Below the pieces are notes generated by a model, which did no database searches, was not told where the DNA came from, and was given only the letters and a program-made list of their open reading frames with translations. From an uncultured Gammaproteobacteria bacterium (GTDB lineage: Bacteria > Patescibacteriota > Patescibacteriia > UBA1558 > 2-01-FULL-52-15), in NCBI GenBank assembly GCA_964475975.1, contig CAYYYA010000001.1, forward strand, positions 29,254 through 58,535: a DNA stretch of 29,282 bases, written 5' to 3'. Numbering within the stretch: position 1 is the stretch's first letter; the number at the start of each line of letters is the position of its first letter. Below are positions 24,470-29,282 of this stretch, piece by piece. The position numbers and the translations under genes were made by a program.

Positions 24470-24484
24470 TTAGACGATCCCCGA
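24470..24484 (-). pseudogene. Orphan 5' fragment (nt 1-15) of tRNA-Gln
   Basis: TCGGGGATCGTCTAA, identical to 24186-24200, sitting directly behind the promoter. Confidence 0.85.
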
Positions 24485-24507
24485 ATATCAATAATAAATG
24501 CTATGAA

Positions 24508-24536
24508 AAGATACTATTTTAATGATAGTTTGTCAA
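24508..24536 (-). promoter_or_regulatory. sigma70 promoter of the original tRNA locus
   Basis: TTGACA-17 nt-TATCTT; a divergent TTGACA..TGtTATTTT at 24547-24574 serves the methyltransferase. Confidence 0.6.
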
Positions 24537-24613
24537 TAATATTCAATTGACAATAACAGGTGCTGTGTTATTTTAATCCTATATTAAGTAATGCTAGTAA
24601 TAATTTTTATATC

Positions 24614-25282
24614 ATGACTGCAAAAGGCTCTGTCTCTCACTACGATGATATTGGTCAGGAGTATGTAAATAATCAACGCAATTTTTTTACAGATAAGGAA
24701 GATTGGACTCGCAAAAAATTGCGATCAGAGCTAGTAAAATTCACCAAGAAAAAAATTTTAGATATTGGTTGCGGAGCTGGTGATGATCTAAAGTGGTGCG
24801 AAGAACAGCACATAGATGGTTTCGGTATAGATACTTCCGAAAAAATGTTAGAGTTGGCTCGTAGTACTGTTAAAAATCCGCAGTGCATACAGCAGGGTGA
24901 TTACGAGGCTATTCCTTACCCTAGTGAACACTTCGATTTAGTAATGGGCAGGTTTTCGCTCCATTACCTTAATAGTTTTCGGCAAGCATATTTAGAGACA
25001 GCAAGGGTGTTAAAAAAAGGTGGAACCTTGATTCTTATAGTTAGTCATCCTTTTTTTGATACTTATATATCAACTGAAACCGGAGAAAAAGAAATAATCT
25101 CCGTACCGCTATATGAGGGAAAAGTAGTGGTTAAGTTTCCTCCGCATAAATTAGCTGACTATTTTTCATCAACCTTTTTGAGTCTATTCGATCTTCAAGA
25201 AGTAGTAGAGTCAGAATCTGTAGACGCTGTTAATCCTCGAAAGATCCCTGAGACGCTTTATTTTATGGCAGTAAAGAGATAG
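24614..25282 (+). CDS. Class I SAM-dependent methyltransferase
   Basis: ILDIGCGAG motif I, GIDTSEKML, FDLV..FSLHY, RVLKKGG; likely start ATG 24614. Confidence 0.88.
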   Translation: MTAKGSVSHYDDIGQEYVNNQRNFFTDKEDWTRKKLRSELVKFTKKKILDIGCGAGDDLKWCEEQHIDGFGIDTSEKMLELARSTVKNPQCIQQGDYEAIPYPSEHFDLVMGRFSLHYLNSFRQAYLETARVLKKGGTLILIVSHPFFDTYISTETGEKEIISVPLYEGKVVVKFPPHKLADYFSSTFLSLFDLQEVVESESVDAVNPRKIPETLYFMAVKR

Positions 25283-25339
25283 GACATTTTTCTTCCACTT
25301 GAATAAGTTGTATTCCCACGGTATACTACCTAGTACCGT

Positions 25340-26587
25340 ATGAAAGCCTTGTATTCCTCGGGAAAAGTAAGGATAATAGCGCTTCTGATATTGCTGGTAG
25401 CAATAACAGGGGCTTTTTTTATTTCCGGTAAGGTTAATTTTGGGCAGACGAAACACACGGACATTGCTGGTACGCCCGAAGCTCAAGCGCAGAATCAAAA
25501 GGAACAACCCAGTGAATCAATTGCCATTACTGATGGTGATACCTTCGGGACGCTCATGAATGATTATGGTATCGATGCTCATGATACGCAGGCTATTCTG
25601 ACTGCTAGTAAGAATGCGTATGATTTGGCTACTGTACGCGCTGGCAAGAAGATAGATCTCTATCGGGATGAGGCTGGCATCTTGAATAAAATTATTTATA
25701 AAATAAATACTGAAGAGTATTTTCAAGCGACCAAAGTAGATGATCAGTGGAAAGCAGAGAAAATTAAAATTCCCTATGAAGTAAAAATACAAACGATCAA
25801 AGGTACTGTTAATGAGATTTTGTATACATCAGCTTTAGAACAGCGGATTGATGAGTTGTTAGTTTTGGATCTAGCACAGACATTTCAATGGACCATCGAT
25901 TTTGCTTTAGATATTCGTAACGGTGATAGTTATAAAGTAATTTACGAAGCCCGTTATTTGGATGGTACCTATGTCATGCCTGGTAAAATTCTAGCTGCAG
26001 AATTCACTAATCAAGGTAAGCCATATTACGCCTATTACTACGATGCAGCTAATGATGACGAGGATGGAGCGTACTATGATGAGAATGGCAATTCCACTCA
26101 AAAAATGTTTTTGAAAGCTCCTGTGGCTTTCCGTTATATATCTTCCGGCTTTACCACTGGCAAGCGTTATGTTAGTGCCTTCAATGTTTCTACCGGTCAT
26201 CGGGCTATTGATTATGCTGCTGCTGCCGGCACGCCAATCCAAGCTACTGCTGATGGCACCGTGACGCATGCTAGCTGGAGTTCTGCTGGGTACGGTAATT
26301 TGGTAAGTATTCGACACAACGCTACATACTCGACGAACTATGCTCATCAATCAAAAATGATTGTGAAGGTCGGTCAGAAGGTGCGCCAAGGTCAAACTAT
26401 TGGCTATGTTGGAAGCACAGGGTTCTCTACGGGACCGCACTTACACTATGAGTTGGTAAAAAACGGCGTCAAAGTCAATCCTCAGATTGAGATTTTGCCA
26501 CCTGGTAAGCCATTATCAGAGGAGAACAAAGAGGCTTTTCAGAAAGTGGTGGAGCAGTATAGAGGTCAGCTGGAGGCGGTGAAATAA
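25340..26587 (+). CDS. M23 family peptidoglycan DD-endopeptidase (MepM-like, membrane-anchored)
   Basis: N-terminal TM; HRAIDYAAAAGTPIQATADG (HxxxD), YGNLV.IRH, YAHQS, STGPHLHYE (HxH); TTGAAT-17-TATACT promoter at 25299-25327. Confidence 0.93.
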   Translation: MKALYSSGKVRIIALLILLVAITGAFFISGKVNFGQTKHTDIAGTPEAQAQNQKEQPSESIAITDGDTFGTLMNDYGIDAHDTQAILTASKNAYDLATVRAGKKIDLYRDEAGILNKIIYKINTEEYFQATKVDDQWKAEKIKIPYEVKIQTIKGTVNEILYTSALEQRIDELLVLDLAQTFQWTIDFALDIRNGDSYKVIYEARYLDGTYVMPGKILAAEFTNQGKPYYAYYYDAANDDEDGAYYDENGNSTQKMFLKAPVAFRYISSGFTTGKRYVSAFNVSTGHRAIDYAAAAGTPIQATADGTVTHASWSSAGYGNLVSIRHNATYSTNYAHQSKMIVKVGQKVRQGQTIGYVGSTGFSTGPHLHYELVKNGVKVNPQIEILPPGKPLSEENKEAFQKVVEQYRGQLEAVK

Positions 26588-26668
26588 TTTTAAGACATAT
26601 TTTTAGGGTATAGTTATTGCTATTCCCTGATTTATGTTAGAATTACAACATATAATTAACTTTTTAAT

Positions 26669-28507
26669 ATGAAAAAGATCCTGTTTGCTTTTGTTGTAGC
26701 TTTTATCTTTGGTTTGACTACCAAAGCTCAAGCGTCTTCTCTGCAGGTGACGTATCCTATCGGAGGTGAACAGTTTGAGACTGGTCAAACGATTAATATA
26801 ACTTGGAGTCAACAAGGTCTACATGCTGTTAACGTCACTTTAGTGGATACTCAGGGTTTCCTGTCCTCAGTTGGTATGGTTACTACAGATCCTGCAGCAA
26901 CCCAAGGAAGCTATAGCTATACAATTCCCAAGACTGTGCCTCCAATGAATGGTAGTTATAAAGTACGCTTAGTATCTTATCCCAATAGCAATACAGAACC
27001 GAATGGCATAGCTGAGAGTCCTAGCTTCTTTACTATCACCACACCACCGGCTCCAACTCCTGTTACCGACTTTGTTGCTGAATCTGTAAAACCGACTCAG
27101 AATATGGCCTACCATACGGACGATAGGAGATATTTAATAGCAGACGGAGCTCCCTTACTTGATAGTCGGGCTATGATTTATGATTTTAAATACAGAAATG
27201 ATGGTAGCAGCGCTGGCACTTCAGCAATTCTCAAGGTTAAGTTTGAGATTAATAATACCCTATATTATTCTGAGACCAATGCTGATCTAACAGGTGAAGG
27301 TCTAGGTTACTATTTGTCTAGGGTTATGCTCCCAGCGGGTTCTTATCACGGAAAAATAACCCTTGATCCTGAGAACGTATATGCTGAATCGAATGAAAGC
27401 AACAACTCAGTTGATTTTTCCTTCACGGTTGAGAAGGCTGCTGACCAGATAGCACCATTAGATGAGTGCACGGGAAGTAGCATAGCTTTTCTGCATTGTT
27501 ATGATTTAACAATCAGTGATATTATCCTCTCGAATCCGCAGCCTAAGGTTGATGAACCGATTACGATTAAGGTTGCAGCTATGAATGGTTTAGGCGGTGA
27601 GTATCTGACACAGATTGATACGATTAATTTTATCAACACCTTTCCGGATTTTTCCGAAACAGCAGTTACGAGACCTGCCGCAGGTAACGTCAGACCTGGT
27701 GATAAGTTTTATTTTACATTTGAGGGGCATTTCACTGCGGTAGGGCAGAAGAATCTGTATTTCTTCATTGATCCCAGAAATGAACGGCGACCGGAACTAA
27801 ACGAACATAATAATGAATTCACCAAAACTGTTACTGTTGTTGCGGCTGGTTCTGGTCAACCGATAGTACCGAAACCAACTCCGGAACCGACGCCTATCCC
27901 AACTCCAGGTCCAGTGACCGGCCGTGTAGAACCAGTAGTTCCGGTATTGCCTGTTGACAAAACTCTCACCAATAATGTGCGGGGGAGAATAGTGCTTCAG
28001 GTAGAATCTCGCGGAGAAGCGTGGTACGTCAGACCGACTGATGGCAAACGAATGTATCTAGCAGATGGTACGGCTGCCTATGGATTAATGCGTGATCAAG
28101 GATTAGGTATTACTAATTCTGACTTGGCTAAGATTCCGGTCGGTTTTGAGAGTCGTTTTACATGTCTGGATACGGATAATGACACACTATGCGATACCTT
28201 AGAAGATGGATTAGGTACGAATAAATTATTACCTGACACAGATAATGATGGATATAATGACGGGGAAGAGGTTAGAACCGGGCATAATCCTCTCGGTGCA
28301 GGAGTATCACCTGATGACAAGCAATTGAGCAATAGTTTAAAGGGTAAGATTGTCTTACAGGTTCAAAATCATGGCGAAGCTTGGTATATTAATCCTGTTG
28401 ACGGCAAACGTTACTATATGCCTGACGGAGCTTCAGCTTACCAGATTATGAGGTATTTAAGTTTGGGTATAACGACGGAAAATCTCGGCAAATTGGCAGC
28501 GTTATAG
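26669..28507 (+). CDS. Secreted surface protein: Ig/CARDB-like domains, Pro/Thr linker, paired C-terminal repeats around Asp-rich Ca-binding repeats
   Basis: Signal peptide (AQA-SS); LDPENVYAESNESNN and IDPRNERRPELNEHNN CARDB-like motifs; PKPTPEPTPIPTPGP linker; DTDND repeats; 612 aa. Confidence 0.85.
   Translation: MKKILFAFVVAFIFGLTTKAQASSLQVTYPIGGEQFETGQTINITWSQQGLHAVNVTLVDTQGFLSSVGMVTTDPAATQGSYSYTIPKTVPPMNGSYKVRLVSYPNSNTEPNGIAESPSFFTITTPPAPTPVTDFVAESVKPTQNMAYHTDDRRYLIADGAPLLDSRAMIYDFKYRNDGSSAGTSAILKVKFEINNTLYYSETNADLTGEGLGYYLSRVMLPAGSYHGKITLDPENVYAESNESNNSVDFSFTVEKAADQIAPLDECTGSSIAFLHCYDLTISDIILSNPQPKVDEPITIKVAAMNGLGGEYLTQIDTINFINTFPDFSETAVTRPAAGNVRPGDKFYFTFEGHFTAVGQKNLYFFIDPRNERRPELNEHNNEFTKTVTVVAAGSGQPIVPKPTPEPTPIPTPGPVTGRVEPVVPVLPVDKTLTNNVRGRIVLQVESRGEAWYVRPTDGKRMYLADGTAAYGLMRDQGLGITNSDLAKIPVGFESRFTCLDTDNDTLCDTLEDGLGTNKLLPDTDNDGYNDGEEVRTGHNPLGAGVSPDDKQLSNSLKGKIVLQVQNHGEAWYINPVDGKRYYMPDGASAYQIMRYLSLGITTENLGKLAAL
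27983..28504 (+). repeat. Two ~52-aa protein repeats (G[RK]IVLQV..GEAWY..DGKR.Y..DG..AY..MR...LGIT) flanking DTDND repeats
   Basis: Repeat 1 at 27983-28138, repeat 2 at 28343-28504, DTDNDTLCD..DTDNDGYNDGEE..NPLG at 28169-28297. Confidence 0.85.
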
Positions 28508-28531
28508 TTAAAATAATATTTGATGAATTTT

Positions 28532-28562
28532 AAGAGGAGGCCGGTTAGGGTCTCCTCTTTTG
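28532..28562. terminator. Bidirectional intrinsic terminator
   Basis: AAGAGGAGGCC-N6-GGTCTCCTCTT followed by TTT, between convergent genes. Confidence 0.8.
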
Positions 28563-28587
28563 TTATTGTGTCATCGTTTGTGCAGGT

Positions 28588-29001
28588 TTATTTGAGTTCA
28601 GCGCCAGCGATCAGAACATGATGTTCTTCTCGGAGGGCGACCATTCCGGTTCGGTCATGAGTGTTATAGAGAGCCCAGATCTCCATTCTCAACTGACCCC
28701 AGTGAAGCTTGAGAAACTCATCTCTAGCCGCTTTATCAGAAAAGAAAATATCAGCGGCCTGTTCAGGCGTCACGGTGAGTATCAGTAGGAAAGTCTTGGC
28801 TTTGTCTGAGCGGAGATTCGGATTTCGTGGGTCTCTGATCATGCTGATGCCAGCAGGTAATGTCCTTTCTTCGCTTTCTGCTGTGATAATGGTGAACCTC
28901 ACAGCATTGTCAGTTCCCGGTTGACCGTAGGGAAAAGGATCTGTTAGGCAGGTTTCAATACCTTTAACTGAAGGACCATTGACGATTTGGAAAGGCGTCA
29001 T
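28588..29001 (-). CDS. Hypothetical protein
   Basis: 137 aa; AGGAGGT SD 5 nt before the ATG; ends facing a terminator; no family recognised. Confidence 0.65.
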   Translation of the reverse strand: MTPFQIVNGPSVKGIETCLTDPFPYGQPGTDNAVRFTIITAESEERTLPAGISMIRDPRNPNLRSDKAKTFLLILTVTPEQAADIFFSDKAARDEFLKLHWGQLRMEIWALYNTHDRTGMVALREEHHVLIAGAELK

Positions 29002-29160
29002 ACGACACCTCCTAGAAGGAGCATATTCCCTATAGGCAGGAACAGCCTCTTATCCCCTCAGGCCGAAGCTTAGGGAGACGAATCAACCATACGGCTGATT
29101 GCATTTAATTACCATATATGATAGTGTATGTCAAGTCACAAAGGTGACATTTTATATTAT

Positions 29161-29282
29161 ATGGACAGCAAAAAGATAAAATTACAAAGGATTCCTGGAG
29201 GCGGGAAGGGTATCGTGGCTAAGGCTTCGATTAAGAAAAATGAGATAATCGCTGACTTCGACGGTCCGATTTATCATTGGCA
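29161..29282 (+). CDS. SET-domain protein, 3'-truncated by the window edge
   Basis: MDSKKIKLQRIPGGGKGIVAKASIKKNEIIADFDGPIYHW matches the SET N-terminal pattern GxGv.A...I..ge.I..f.G; only 40 codons are visible. Confidence 0.6.
   Translation, partial: MDSKKIKLQRIPGGGKGIVAKASIKKNEIIADFDGPIYHW

Noticed and set aside
23900-24490. CRISPR array
   Set aside because: The repeats are tRNA fragments and palindromes with irregular spacing, and no cas genes are present.
15-28924. Short alternative-frame and antisense ORFs in the track (e.g. 15-257, 502-1011, 1756-2175, 5349-5690, 16710-16976, 17344-19167, 22033-23098, 25991-26350, 28709-28924)
   Set aside because: They lie within longer genes that have clear family motifs, and they show no motifs or initiation signals of their own; treated as shadow ORFs.

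Overview
Bacterial chromosomal window of about 25 genes. It is probably from a Patescibacteria (CPR, Parcubacteria-like) genome; this is inferred from the near-leaderless core genes, the stand-alone VirD4/HerA-like ATPase, the surface-protein repeats and the palindrome-invaded tRNA. Recognisable genes are dusB, corA, dnaX, a DEAD-box helicase, mgtA, an ECF sigma/anti-sigma pair, a divergent prs, EamA, an M23 peptidase, a SAM methyltransferase and the start of a SET-domain gene. Three things stand out. (1) A ~1,820-aa membrane-anchored alpha-2-macroglobulin lacks the CxEQ thioester but carries a 130-aa Hint (intein-like) domain exactly in its bait region. The Hint is bracketed by an identical AEKGG peptide on each side, and the gene overlaps a membrane-anchored MEMO1-like gene. 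(2) A tRNA-Gln(CUG) locus is split by a 376-bp inverted-repeat-bounded element that carries a GIY-YIG nuclease and an intact replacement tRNA, and the nuclease ORF reads through that tRNA. The outer tRNA copy also has a 29-nt palindrome at 33/34, and the 3' end is duplicated again downstream. (3) A TGAAATATT-N13-TGTAnTA motif occurs three times around the ECF sigma locus and is a candidate promoter for that sigma. All family calls come from motif recognition by eye; no database searches were run.
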